A stretch of DNA of 63,928 nt, counting the filler, from Trichosphaerium sp. ATCC 40318 (Eukaryota > Protista > Tubulinea), in assembly GCA_038496445.1 (NCBI GenBank). It is 4 parts of 4 records of this genome, joined end to end, with 100 filler letters (N's around TTAATTAATTAA, not from the genome) between each part and the next. Parts side by side here need not be neighbours in the genome. Positions count along the whole stretch, not along the records: positions 26,514 to 50,668 come from JALMLS010000407.1; 3 more parts are not named here. One strand, 5' to 3'. Made by a program: the position numbers and the translations under genes. The notes under the pieces are model-generated. The model worked only from the letters and a program-made list of their open reading frames with translations. It was not told the origin of the DNA and made no database searches. Of the stretch, positions 26,414 through 38,563 are shown in pieces; position 1 is the first letter of the stretch; every line of letters starts with the position of its first letter.

Positions 26414-26513
26414 NNNNNNNNNNNNNNNNNNNNNNNNNNNNNNNNNNNNNNNNNNNNTTAATTAATTAANNNNNNNNNNNNNNNNNNNNNNNNNNNNNNN
26501 NNNNNNNNNNNNN
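26414..26513. other. Artificial contig linker
   Basis: 44 N + TTAATTAATTAA (stops in all six frames) + 44 N. Confidence 0.99.
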
Positions 26514-27020
26514 GGATCATGTTTACTCAGCCAAGTCAGATGTATGTTCGAGTACAAGCTCTAGTTTGTTACTTTCTTAGTTTTTTTTTTCTTTTTTTTT
26601 CTTCTTTTAATTGACATTTACTAGGTTTGGAGTTTTGGTGTGGTGCTTTATGAAATAATACATAGCTCGCCACCTTATACATATATCGAAAACCCAATAG
26701 ATTTGGCAATCATGATAGCACGAAAGTTAGTTATTCTTTATTTTTTTTTTTATCTTATTTTTCTTCGTTTCTTTGTTGCAGTCACTAATACCTTGCTCTT
26801 TTTTAGAGATGTGAAACCACAGTTTATACATAGTATACCAGTTTTAAGTGATACAATGAAATCTTGCTTTGCTTGGGAACCATTTGAAAGGCCAAACTTT
26901 AACGAGATTTGCAAACTTTTAAAGCCATTATCAGAGAATGATATACCTAACATACCTGTCGATATTTGGTATGAAGAAAGTCAAAGTGAAGAATCATCTA
27001 CAATGCTAGCATACGAATAA
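26514..27020 (+). CDS. 3' end of a tyrosine-kinase-like/TKL protein kinase
   Basis: Spliced YSAKSD|VWSFGVVLYEI...PPY...MKSCFAWEPFERPNFNEIC corresponds to kinase subdomains IX-XI. Confidence 0.85.
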
Positions 27021-27507
27021 GATGAACACGTTCTAGAAAACAATCAGGTGAACAACTGTACAAAATTAAAAAAAAAACAATCACGTGTAGTGTAACGTTT
27101 TTGGTGACCACAGAACTGTTTGTAAGAGGTAGTTTGTTTGGGTTTATTTCTACGCTGTTATAACGTTTACTAAGAAACAAAAGAGTATTTTGTCCGCATT
27201 AATCTAAACTAACGGCACTGACACCATACGCTGATTGCAAAATATAATTTATGTCTGCAACCAAAGCAATTAGACTGGCTTGAAATACCATTAAAAACAG
27301 ATAGCGGAAAAATATCAAAGGTTCTGTATAAGAGACGTACTCTGGTATCTGTTAATATATTGAGCATACTCTTTACACAGTGAACTTTATGGTGTAGCAC
27401 TATTACTTATTGGGCATGTATTGAGGCACCGCACAATGTAAACTCCCAGAAAAGGCGGAAAATGTCAATGTTTTTCTGCTCATATATTTACAGTAAGTAT
27501 CAGTAAA

Positions 27508-28365
27508 ATGGCTCATGCTAATAAACGAAGCTTTATTCCAGTGAATAATAATAAACCACTTGAAGATATGCCACCAGAGACTTTAACACACATTCTACGT
27601 TGTTTAGAAAGAAAAGACCGTATTGTAACATCTACAGTTTCTCACGTGTTTAATAACATCATTCGTTGTAATATTGGTTTTGATGAACTCACTTTAAAAG
27701 AACCATCAGATTGTAGTGTCCTCAAAGGCAGTCCACTACTAAAAAACACCAAAATACTTTGCTGTTCATTGACACTTTCACCAAGCGAGTTGAGTTGCCT
27801 TTCTGGTGTCAAATCAATAGACCTACAATCAGCAGAAATTACAGACTCGGGTATACTGGCATTGGTACAAGGAGGAGATACCATTCATACCATTGATCTG
27901 TCCAATACAGATATAACAGATGTTTCATTAATCGCACTCAGAGGTGTACACACGATCAATCTTTTTCGATGCCACTATATTAACGTTGAAGGTATTAAGG
28001 CGCTCAAAGACGTACACCGCCTTACAATCAGTCACCCAAAAGAGCCATGGTTTAATCACCTTGGAGATGTGCACACTCTTGAAGTTTATTATGGATTATC
28101 AGTGACAGGTGAATGTCTTAAATCATTGTGCAATGTCAAGAGCTTACTATTAAGTCAGTGCTCCAAGATACAAGACTCAGATTTTAAGTATTTGTTCAAT
28201 CTAAAACATTTGGTTCTTCAACTTTGTTTTACACTTACGAATGATTGCTTGAAGCACTTAAAATGTCTTCAATTTATTGAAGTAGTGGCATGTGAATATA
28301 TCACAGAAGACGCTATTCAGTCATTGGGTATACCATACACCTTTAAAGAAACGATATTGGGGTAG
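27508..28365 (+). CDS. F-box/LRR protein, intronless
   Basis: LEDMPPETLTHIL F-box, shared SPLLKNT linker, LRRs of the same family as 13467-14696. Confidence 0.8.
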   Translation: MAHANKRSFIPVNNNKPLEDMPPETLTHILRCLERKDRIVTSTVSHVFNNIIRCNIGFDELTLKEPSDCSVLKGSPLLKNTKILCCSLTLSPSELSCLSGVKSIDLQSAEITDSGILALVQGGDTIHTIDLSNTDITDVSLIALRGVHTINLFRCHYINVEGIKALKDVHRLTISHPKEPWFNHLGDVHTLEVYYGLSVTGECLKSLCNVKSLLLSQCSKIQDSDFKYLFNLKHLVLQLCFTLTNDCLKHLKCLQFIEVVACEYITEDAIQSLGIPYTFKETILG

Positions 28366-28794
28366 ACCCGAGTATATTTTGCAGTAAACTACTTTTTTTT
28401 AAGCCACATCAGTTTGTATAGTTTTTTTGAGTCAAGCAACATTACTTACATATTGTCGATGGCAGTCAAGTTGTTAAGAATTAATTAGCAAAGTCAACGC
28501 TGCACTTTTCTTACTGAACAAAACGGCTTAACTGGAACATTATTGCGTAATGAGTTTGAAAAAACGGTTGATCGCAACAAATTACCACGTGATAGTGCAA
28601 ATGTGAGATTTGCAAATTCTGTCAGTAGTGCCAAATCAGTCAGATTGTCTAAATAGACAACACAAAAACCCATTAATTAACTCTACATTATCAATCTAAA
28701 CATTGATCTAGAATTGACAAAAACTTGAAAAAGGTCACTTTAAGTTAACTTGAATGACAATAATCAATTGGGCAATGAGTATTTAGTGTTAGGT

Positions 28795-31193
28795 TCAAAC
28801 AGAAGATATTTCTACTTCCTTGGTTGTTAAAGTATAAGGGAAAATGGCTTGTCTCAACTTAGGTACAAAGAAAGCAATAATCAGACCTACAGCAATCTAC
28901 CATACAAATTTAGTTTGTAAAAAATAAATGAAAACAAGAAAAAAAGAAACGTCTTCACATACAAACACAAGAATGCCAAATGTGACACCTAATGCCAAAC
29001 CAACATTTGCTGATGCTCCATTATCACAACTATCAGATCTTGATGTGATCACAATTACACTAGCAAAATTTAGATATCAATGCAAAGATAAAAAGCATAC
29101 GATGTAAGAGTACGCTCAATTCTCGCCAATACACATTTTGGTGATACTAATGTAAAAGTACCATTGATGCAGTTGCTGTTACTTCGTATTACTTCTCTTC
29201 TTGTCTCGCCAACACTTGTGTTGTTATCACTTGTGAAGTCAATGATGAACGTTGTATTTGATGGTATTACAATACATCCTAAACATTAGATTAACCAATA
29301 AACGTGTGTTAAATAACTTGTAATACAAGGCATACCTTCAACTTGAAGAAAGCCTCCAGGAGTAATTGTTGCTATCTCTGAGTTTACAAAGTCACCATTT
29401 ATTATCAAACGACTAGACAACACTATTTCAGGTGGTAGACTACCCACTGTTGGTGCAGCTGTAGGTGATACAGTTGTCGATTCAAATGTTGGTGCAGTTG
29501 TAGGCAATATTGTGGTTGGTGGTATTGTTGGAGGAATGAAAGTTTTGCCTTCACAAGTAACTATTCAACACTGTAAGCGAGCAAATACAAATAATTTATA
29601 CCATTAGCTTGACAATCTGCAAAATATGTGGTGATATCAGAGTAGCTGCACCCACATGTAAGATTTGTTGGTGCTGAAGGACAATCAAAAACGCCTCCAG
29701 TATCTATTTCGTAAATTAGTACAATACAATTGCTTGTCCAGTACTATTGTTGAGGCTGTTTTCGAATGGTGTATTTCTAAACACGATATTTAGTATTCTT
29801 ACTGTCGGAAATAACATATTAGCGTGTACCTGATTGTAATGTCCATAGAAGAGCCGATCAATGCAGGGGATGTTATAGGTATTGAATTATTTTTTCTAGA
29901 AGTTGAATCAGGTATTTACTATTAAATTTACGCAGAACGTTACATGCATGTAATATTCTCAAATACACAAGAATCTATCACTGCTGATCCACTGTTTGAT
30001 AGACCACTCAAGGCCAATGAGCCAACTAACCGGCAATTAACATGATACTTGGCTAGGCGTGCGTACCAGTACATCTGTCATTGATTGGTTTTTCTTCTTC
30101 CACAGTATTATCAATAAAAGTTGAGTTCAATATCTGTACATAAGTTGAATTTGCGTATAGTACTGAACTATAGTAATCAAAGTTTGCTATATACAAATGA
30201 GAATATATAAGGACTAAGATCTGCATACCAAAACGGCTTGCAAGTACGTAATTGTCTTTGAACGAGCAAGAGTTGATTGTAACCTAAATAAATGCATGTG
30301 TAAATATTTAGCTTGTTATACAAGTCACAAATTACTCTATCAACAGCTCTGAATGTAGCAACAAATCCTATGCTTAAATAGTTACGATCAAACAAAATAA
30401 AGGTATCAAATATTACCTCTCCCTGTCGTTCTATCGACATAGAGCCCTCCCCTAAAATTATGTTGAAAATGACAATTATTCACAGAAACTGTGTCGACTG
30501 TTTCAATCCATAATCCCAAAGGATTGGCAAATCCTATCGCATCGAACAGTTCATGGAAAAGTGAATTGCGAACAGTAACATTTCGGCTATTTTTCTCATT
30601 AAAATGTTGAAATAAATCACGTGTACCTGTCAAATATTTGAATAGTACTCTCTGAGCCTGTAACTACCATATTCCTACACAATTGTCAACTGATCAATAA
30701 CACTAGACTTGTAATGAATGTACTCTACGGAAACATTTGCGAAGCCGTTCAATATGATTTTACAATTAATTAACGTAAATCCTGATAGTGAGATACAAAT
30801 GTTTTGAGTCCCGTTCACCATCTTCATTTGAAGTGGGCATGAAATATTTATGCCTTTATTTAACGCTAAATAATATGTTACAAGAACCTTTCAAAAGCGT
30901 CAACCATACCATAAATGTCTATACTTTTGGAAAGTTCAACTTGAAACGCGCCGCTAGGAAAATTTAACCCAGTAGAATTGAGAATAAGGGTGGTTGGCCC
31001 TTCGTTCAAGTAGCACTCCATATCAGTGCCACAAACGTGATCACTTGAAGTTACGACTAAGACATAAAAAATTTAACAAACGTCATATCACAATCGCACT
31101 ATCGCGCTGAATAATATTCGTACTTGTGTTACCGTGGGTAGGTGCAGCAAGAGCAAAAAACAAAAAGGCAGTACAGAAATAACGCAAAGTCAT
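28795..31193 (-). CDS. Spliced type I membrane protein (beta-helix/pectin-lyase-like ectodomain, Pro/Thr stalk, TM)
   Basis: Signal MTLRYFCTAFLFFALAA; N-rich V.V.N..F..N repeats; PTTAPT stalk; TM GLALGVTFGILVF|IAVGLIIAFF. Confidence 0.6.
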
Positions 31194-31987
31194 TTACTAT
31201 AGCAGGAATAAGCATTATTTGGCGTAATGAAGCGTTTTTTATAAGGTAATCTTCCTTTTTAAAACGCACGTGATGCTGTCCAAAACTATAATCAAAATAA
31301 AAAGGTGTGATATGTTTTTGTCAACCTCTCATTTGCTTTTAACTGCCCACAGACGCTTTATCAGTCATTTTGACTCAATATATTTAGCGGATAAATTAGC
31401 ACTCTTTTGTGTACCAAAAAAGTATTTGACGGTGAACTGGTTGAAAATTACAGATCACACAATAAAATGGGCTTTAATGGAAAGTCTTCTTGAGCTCATG
31501 ATGCGTCAGTCTCGCCAACCGTATAAAAACTCCGTTTATATGGGAACAGAAGTTACATGCATTGTACAGCAGTTTTAGGCTGAAAAAGTACAATACTTGA
31601 AACAATTACAAAGCTCACGTGATATTCTAACTTTTCTTATACTAATGATAAGGTTTACAGCCAGCAACAATGAATAAATAACAAAGCGGGTCTGGTACAC
31701 AATAAAAACCCGTACGCACGCGTACATCTTTATTTGAGCTTCCTCATCTTTTTTTTATTGATTCATCCGGGTCCTCCACTCCCAAATCTGGCTTACCACT
31801 GAGTTAAAAGGATGTTTGTAGATACAAGCCAAAACGAGGTACCAATTACTCCATTAAATTAACGTTCTTCCAATCCGGATGAATACACGAACGAATACGT
31901 TTTTTTCAAAATTTACAAAAAATTCGTGGATTTTTGACTAAAGTTCACAGAAGAATTGGGGAAATTCTCGCAAAATGATGGTCAAAT

Positions 31988-32752
31988 ATGGCAGGACTTG
32001 TGTGCCTTTCTGTCATTTTTTTAATTGTTAAAACAAGTTGGCTTTGTAACACTAGTCAGTGCTACTTAACAAGGATCTGTTGACTTATTTACACGGAAAT
32101 ATAGGACATAACAGAAGAAGAAACAACGATTAGTAGTAACACTAATAGTGCACCGTGGGTACAAGGACAACCAGACAATAGGGTCGATTCAGAACATTGT
32201 ATTTTATGGTACAGTTTTTGATTTTACTTGTTTGATAAGAATTTAGGTCTAACAGTGGATGGGAGGATTGGCCTTGTTACTTTGATAGCGGACGAACTCG
32301 AGGGCATTTTTTCCGCTTTGTGAGATTGATAGAACGCTCAGAGTTTATGGTACGGTTACTTAATATTCCCGTACTAATTTTGATAAAACAGGTGACGAAA
32401 TACCTTCAACCACTGTGGAGTTTACTGACATAATAGTAACTGCAATAGCAATCAAACAGCCGTTTCTAACATGAATCAGGAACTCCACTTGCAAATACAA
32501 CATGCCAAGAGTTGTGAAGAGATACCAAATCCACAGGTAACGCTAAACGATAATCAGTGCTTAGAAATCAGTCGATACGCTACAAAATCACAGTCTACAC
32601 TTACCTTTGAAGCAAGGCCATGTAATAAGAAGAGCAGTTTTCCTTTATGGTATATATGGATCGTATTAGCAGCGTTGATGGCGTTTGCTGTTGTTGTAGC
32701 TGCTATTTATGTATTGTTCTTTTGTCAAAATAAACAGAAAATAGATGCTTAA
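31988..32752 (+). pseudogene. C-type-lectin-like type I membrane gene with frame disruptions
   Basis: PWVQGQPDNRVDSEHCILW|SNSGWEDWPC...LCEID matches CTL motifs. Needs a 1-nt correction in a T run near 32310 and another disruption before 32471; C-terminal TM present. Confidence 0.45.
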
Positions 32753-32840
32753 TTAATCAAATTGACCAAGAAAAATGAAATTTACGGACCGTTCAATTTT
32801 AGGTGGACGTTCAGAGAAATTTGTTATGTCATGTAGGTAA

Positions 32841-33185
32841 TCACGCATTTAATATTGTACTAAGATCTGTCGCACTCGCCCTTAAAGTTTCTGTGCCAAT
32901 GACTTGATGCCTGTATGCACTCACAAACGTGTGAATTTTGGTGTAATCCAACAAAGCCGCGAGGTCATTATCTGTCACATGTGTATTGCAAAAGGTGGTA
33001 AACCAATAACGCTTTGCCAGAAACCTAGTTTTTTTAATCACTAATATCCTAAACATTAGATTAACCAATAAACGTGTGTTAAATAACTTGGGCATACCTT
33101 CAACTTGAAGAAAGGCTTCATCGTATTTATAACATTCACAGTGTAAGAACTTAAGAGAGGATGTATTAAACAACAAGCCGTACAA
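32841..33185 (-). pseudogene. Probable chimeric remnant (LRR-like fragment plus a segment copied from 29276-29351)
   Basis: NTHVTDNDLAAL..IHT is LRR-like; 33046-33113 matches 29276-29351 apart from an 8-nt deletion. Confidence 0.35.
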
Positions 33186-33456
33186 TAAAAGTTAAACCTC
33201 AACGAGAATTGAAGAAAAAGGCTGACACAATAAAACGCTTAATTCTTACAATTCCAACATGTTCTTTCATATCCGGGTCAACGTCAAAATAAATATTCTT
33301 GACAGTTTTAACTCGCCTAAAAACACTAAATGCAAACATAGCTGTCTGCTTTTCGTGAACATAATAACATTATGACTAATTTTGTTTTCATTTATTCTGT
33401 TTGTTTGTTTATACAAAGCAATAAAAAGTGTACTATGATAAGTCTAGACGGCACTC

Positions 33457-34854
33457 TTATATAATGAAATCTGCCCTTACTACCTGTGCACCAGTTGCCT
33501 GGACACCCTCTTTTGAAGTTGAGGAGCAACCATACAGGGTTATAGTGTGTACACCTGCCAACGCTTTCAATCCTTCATCTGTTACTTTTGTTCCTGATAC
33601 ATTTATAGTGTGTACACCAGCCAATGCTTTAATGCCTTCATCTGTTACATCACAGCGTTTCAAATTTATAGTGTGTACACCTGCCAATGCTTTCAATCCT
33701 TCATCTGTTACTTTTGTTCCTGATACATTTATGTCATGCACACCAGCCAATGCTTTAATGCCTTCATCTGTTACATCACAGCGTTTCAAATTTATAGTGT
33801 GTGCACCTGCCAATGCTTTGATGCCTTCATCTGTTACCTTGGTAAGTCTTAAACCTATTTCATGTACACCAGCCAATGCTTTAATGCCTTCGTCTGTTAC
33901 ATCACAGTGTTCCAAATCTATAGTGTGTACACCTGCCAATGCTTTGATGCCTTCGTCTGTTACGTTTGTCTCTGATAATCCAATGTCGTAGACTCCAGCC
34001 AATGACTTAATGCCTTCATTTGTTATTGATTTACATCTATACAACTGGACAGTGTGGACACCTTTCAAGACCTTCAAAGCTTTATCTGTTACCTTTGTAT
34101 GCGATAAATTAATATTGTGTACACCAACCAACGCCTTGATGCCCTCATGAGTTACATTGCAGCGACCTAAATCTATAGTGTGTACGCCTGCCAATGCCTT
34201 CAATCCTTCATTTGTTACCTTGGTGTCTACTAACGCAATCGTGTGTACACCAACCAACGCCTTGATGCCTTCGTCTGTTATCGATAGACAACCATATAAA
34301 TAGATAGAGTGTACACCTGCTAACGCCTTCAAACCTTTGTCTGTTACGTTTGTACTTGATAATCCAATGTCATGTACTCCAGCCAATGACTTAATGCCTT
34401 CATCTGTTATTGATTCACAAAAACCTAAATCTATAGTGTGTACACCTGCCAATGCTTTGATGCCTTCGTCTGTTACGTTTGTACTTAATAATCCAATGTC
34501 ATGTACTCCAGCCAATGACTTAATGCCTTCATCTGTTATTGATTCACAACTGGACAAATTGATTGTATGTACTCCCGCTAGTAACCTCAACTGATTGTCG
34601 TTTACATCTCTATACCCATAGAACAGAATGGGTGTATTCTGCAATAAAGGACTGCCAGAAAGCATCGTCACCTCGGTACTGCTTTTAACAATAATTTGAT
34701 CATATCCGACATGGTTATGGACAATATCCCGCAAGAAGCGGCAAGTTTGTGCGAAACGAAGTGTAAAAGTGCCTTGTTTGAGAATATGAACTATTAGTTC
34801 AACGGGGAGCGCGACAAGGTCACTAATGTTCTGGCTAGTCTCTTCTTCACTCAT
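33457..34854 (-). CDS. F-box/LRR protein with highly regular 21-22-aa repeats, intronless
   Basis: LVALPVELIVHIL F-box followed by about 17 repeats of LAGVHTIxLxxxxVTDEGIKA. Confidence 0.9.
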   Translation of the reverse strand: MSEEETSQNISDLVALPVELIVHILKQGTFTLRFAQTCRFLRDIVHNHVGYDQIIVKSSTEVTMLSGSPLLQNTPILFYGYRDVNDNQLRLLAGVHTINLSSCESITDEGIKSLAGVHDIGLLSTNVTDEGIKALAGVHTIDLGFCESITDEGIKSLAGVHDIGLSSTNVTDKGLKALAGVHSIYLYGCLSITDEGIKALVGVHTIALVDTKVTNEGLKALAGVHTIDLGRCNVTHEGIKALVGVHNINLSHTKVTDKALKVLKGVHTVQLYRCKSITNEGIKSLAGVYDIGLSETNVTDEGIKALAGVHTIDLEHCDVTDEGIKALAGVHEIGLRLTKVTDEGIKALAGAHTINLKRCDVTDEGIKALAGVHDINVSGTKVTDEGLKALAGVHTINLKRCDVTDEGIKALAGVHTINVSGTKVTDEGLKALAGVHTITLYGCSSTSKEGVQATGAQVVRADFII

Positions 34855-35323
34855 TTTGCTAATATACGCTTGAAACGTGGCTACGTTTGTTATTATGTTA
34901 TTGTTAGATGATCGGAATATTTTTACAGGACGTCACGTGACTAAATTCGTTTTTTCCTCAACTAGTAACGACAATAACGCGAACCACCGAAATCAACATA
35001 CAAAATGAATTTTAGCATACAGGTACGCTACTGTTTTGAAAGCAGTACTGTTGTCCATCAAGTAAGGCTGTCACTTGTTCAATCCAACAAAAAAAAAGCG
35101 AAACGTTTTTGGCTCTGGTCAATTCTAGTTAATTAACCGTCCATTTACCCGCGCATAGTACGTTGTAATTTTACGTTGCTACTGCGCTTTTCAAGTCGAA
35201 AATTTCTTTTTTGTGAATCTAACCGTTTCAAACCACGTGATTTAACCAGCCCATATGTAGATCATGCACGTGGGTAAACATAATAATCAACTAATATGAT
35301 ATCTATACAACTCAATTTTAACA

Positions 35324-36314
35324 AGGAGCTGCACTGATTTCCGGAAATCGGGAAATTCTGGAAATTCTGGAAAAACTGGAAAAACTGGAAAAACTGGAAA
35401 TTTTTACAGCAAATGCTAACAAGCTTCAGGAGCATCTACAGTGTACTTTCATGTGTGTTTTACTAACTCAAATGGTTTAATAGCATCTGGAAATAACTGG
35501 AAATTCTGCAGCCGTCTGGAAACATCTGGAAAAACTGGAAATTTTTTCAAAAGAACACCAGCGCTCGCTTTTGCTTTGATTGTCATCAAAACATAAAAAA
35601 GACCAAAAGCACGTGTGTTCAAATGACACCAAACTTGTTTGAGCGGAGCAGATTGTAAATCAACTGAAAGAGATGGGAGACAATAGAATGTGCGAAAACA
35701 GGCGATAAATGAAGCCCAAAAACACTCTCAGTTTTGGCGGGATGAAAATGTGTGCTGTTCACAAAAAAATTATTGTTAAGTTTTTTAAATCAGATACAGC
35801 AACACTAGCCACTAGCCGAAGGTAAATACTGACTCTTTGGAACTACTAGAGTCCATTAACATTAACCAGGCTACTATTAGCAACCTAGGTTCCACACGTG
35901 AGTGCTCAAGCGGTACAAAAGCAAACAACGCTAAATGACACTTCTACATTGCTACTGACACTCTAGAGGGCGTAGATAGAACAATTTGGAGTGAGCAGAT
36001 GTATCTATCACAAATAAATCACGTTTTCTTCCACCTGAACAACGTGAAACCCACTGTATATTTGCTTGTAAATAAACTCTTTTTTGTTTGTAACTTTTTT
36101 TTTTTGGCGCTTTTTTGAGCTCAAATTAAGCCACGTGAACTGTCTGGAAATAACGGGAAAACACTGGAAATAACGGGAAAAATACGGGAAATATACGGGA
36201 AATATACAGAAAACACTGGAAATAACTGGAAATATCTGGAAATTGGTCCAGAAATTCCGGAAGTTCCAGAATTTCCAGAATTTCCAGAAATTTCCGGAAA
36301 TCAGTGCAGCTCCT
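35324..36314. mobile_element. Non-autonomous TIR DNA transposon (MITE-like, ~990 bp)
   Basis: Perfect 25-bp TIRs AGGAGCTGCACTGATTTCCGGAAAT at 35324-35348 and 36290-36314, subterminal arrays of CTGGAAA/CGGGAAA, no coding capacity, CA on both flanks as a possible 2-bp TSD. Confidence 0.85.
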
Positions 36315-36410
36315 CAAGTAATCTGACTTCACAAGACAAAATATTTTGTGTTAAGTACTTTCGGGGCTTTTAGTTTTATTTATTTTATTTACATTAGTTT
36401 GTTTTTGTTT

Positions 36411-36870
36411 CTACACATGATCGCTTCCCTTCATTGCTACTTTTTTAGAACGACGTATATAATAAAACCATATACAAGCACCGACAAGCACAATGAGAAA
36501 TTTATAAAATAGCAAAGCGTAAGCATTTCCTAGTTCAACTGCAACAAAAGCTGTTTGTCCATCAATAAGTGCATTAGCGTCTGCCTCTACAGTTCAAATG
36601 TTAGACAACGTTGAACATTAGATTAAAACATGACATACGTGTTCTAGCTACAAATGCGTCCACTGTTGAATTACTTACAGTTGGGACTTCAGGAAGACTG
36701 AAACTTGATGGTACAATATTATCAGTAAGATAGGTCCAACAGAGCTACAACAATTAAGCATGGATTTTTATCAATAGGGTTAAGAAGTGTTTTAACATAC
36801 CGTAGCTAAACACGCTTGATTGTTGGCTTTCAACCATCAATAGATTCAAATCAAATATTACAGCCATTTA
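36411..36870 (-). CDS. Small spliced protein with a C-terminal TM helix (5' exons uncertain)
   Basis: Last exon ADANALIDGQ...LLFYKFLIVLVGACIWFYYIRRSKK...* is preceded by a GT-AG intron. Confidence 0.3.
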
Positions 36871-37248
36871 GAGTTTAGAACTCTTGAAAAGTAAGTGATT
36901 GTGAAGAAAACACCAAACAACTTTTTTTGCAAACTTCACTGAAGCAAACTCCAAGAGTCTGAATCGGTATCGCCAGGAATAATATGAATTATTTGAATAA
37001 ATACTAAGGTTTTTTGTCGTGAACATGAATTTGCCGTATATTCGTATTGGAAGAACGTTACTTTAAATCGTGTGACGTTTTTTAAACGAAGTTCGAACTC
37101 CATAATGTGTTACACAGTTTCAACTAATGAAATGTGTACTTACCTGATAATCAGTGCATAGCACACGTACTGATCACGCGATTTACTATTGTCCACTGTT
37201 GAGCACGTGTCTGATCGCCCTTAAACAAACAAACACTATTTCAGCAAC

Positions 37249-38563
37249 ATGGCTTCAAATCATCAACAATCTGTTTGTAGTACGCAATTGATTTACTTTA
37301 GCGTACAACTAATATTGTTTAATAGGGACTCTTGAAAACGGTCTCGCTGTAGTAGATATTTCTCCTTTCTTCTCTGGTTCTTCAGACAGAAAACAAGAAG
37401 TCGTAGATGCAGTTGAAAATGGTACCTTTAATAACTATTTTGAAAACTTAAACCTGCTCTTCTGACGCTGTATAGCGTTTACCAATATCGGATGCCTTTA
37501 TGTCACTGGTCATGGTATTGATCCAAGCATCATAGACAACATGTTTAACGAGTCTGAAAAGTTTTTCAGTAAACCTCTTGAGGAGAAAACGAAGTTCATC
37601 AAAAAGAGCTTTTTTGGTCGCGGATATTCTCCTGTGGAAGGCGAAAACATTAATGCTGCATTTGTACGCATTTATCTAGTACCCGTTACTAACGTTAGCT
37701 AACACGTGAAATCAGGGAAGACCTGGACTACCAAATGACCCACTTGAAAAATTTAGTGTTGGTCCGTTCACTTCGCCTCCAAAAGAGCTGGCTTCGCACC
37801 TGCTCTATGATAGCAATGTACCACCTACATCTCATGACCACGATATAGCCATAAGAGATTACTACTACTCTATAAGGAACTTGTTGTTCAAGTTGTTGAG
37901 GTATCTTGCTAGAGTAGTATTCTTTTTGTTTTTCAAGAGTGTGTGATGGTACAACTATTCTAATATGATAAAGGATTTCAGCAGCTGCATTGAAAGTAGA
38001 GCCGAAAGATCTTCTTGAGCCTCATGTGGACGGAGGACATTTGCTGAAAGCGTACAAATACCCTAAAGTTAAGCCAAAAGGAAACCAACTGAGAATGGCT
38101 GAGCACTTTGATTTTACTACTATCACTATTCTAGCGATGAGTGATGTTAAAGAATCTTTAGAGGTCCAAAAAACGAACAACGAATGGGTACTAAATGAAC
38201 AACCATTTGCATTTGTAATCTGACGAGACTCTACCTTTAGGTCTTCGCTGATCCTGTTCCTAACGCTTTCTTTGTAAACCTAGGCTTGGTAATGGGTAGA
38301 TGGACTAACGACAGATGGAGACCGACACCACATAGAGTAAGATGGGCTAAAGAGGAAGCTGTATGTCAAGATTCTAGCGGTCTTTTATACTTACTTGTTT
38401 TACTAAGGAGCGTATGTCAATAGCTTTTTTTGGATCTCCTAGACCTGATCACGTGATGGCATGTATAACCGATACGGCAGAGGAAATAAAATATGAACCA
38501 ATGGCATTTGAACAAGTCGTTGGAGATGCACTAGCCAAAATACATGAAAAACAAAGAAAATAA
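37249..38563 (+). CDS. 2-oxoglutarate/Fe(II) dioxygenase (isopenicillin-N-synthase-like, DIOX_N + 2OG-FeII_Oxy)
   Basis: VVDISPF, GCLYVTGHGID, RMAEHFDFTTITIL (HxD), VNLG...WTNDRWRPTPHRV, ERMSIAFF (RxS). Confidence 0.92.

Noticed and set aside
33500-34560. Regular 63-66-bp repeats resembling a CRISPR or DGR array
   Set aside because: They are in-frame coding LRR units; there are no cas or reverse-transcriptase genes and no unique spacers.
33428-34594. Plus-strand repeat ORFs (CTPANALMPSSVT)
   Set aside because: They are antisense shadows of the LRR gene.
35340-35540. Telomeric repeat
   Set aside because: The units are degenerate, internal and bounded by TIRs, so they are transposon subterminal motifs.
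36126-36332. 68-aa ORF in the TIR element
   Set aside because: It is a translation of subterminal repeats with no transposase motifs.
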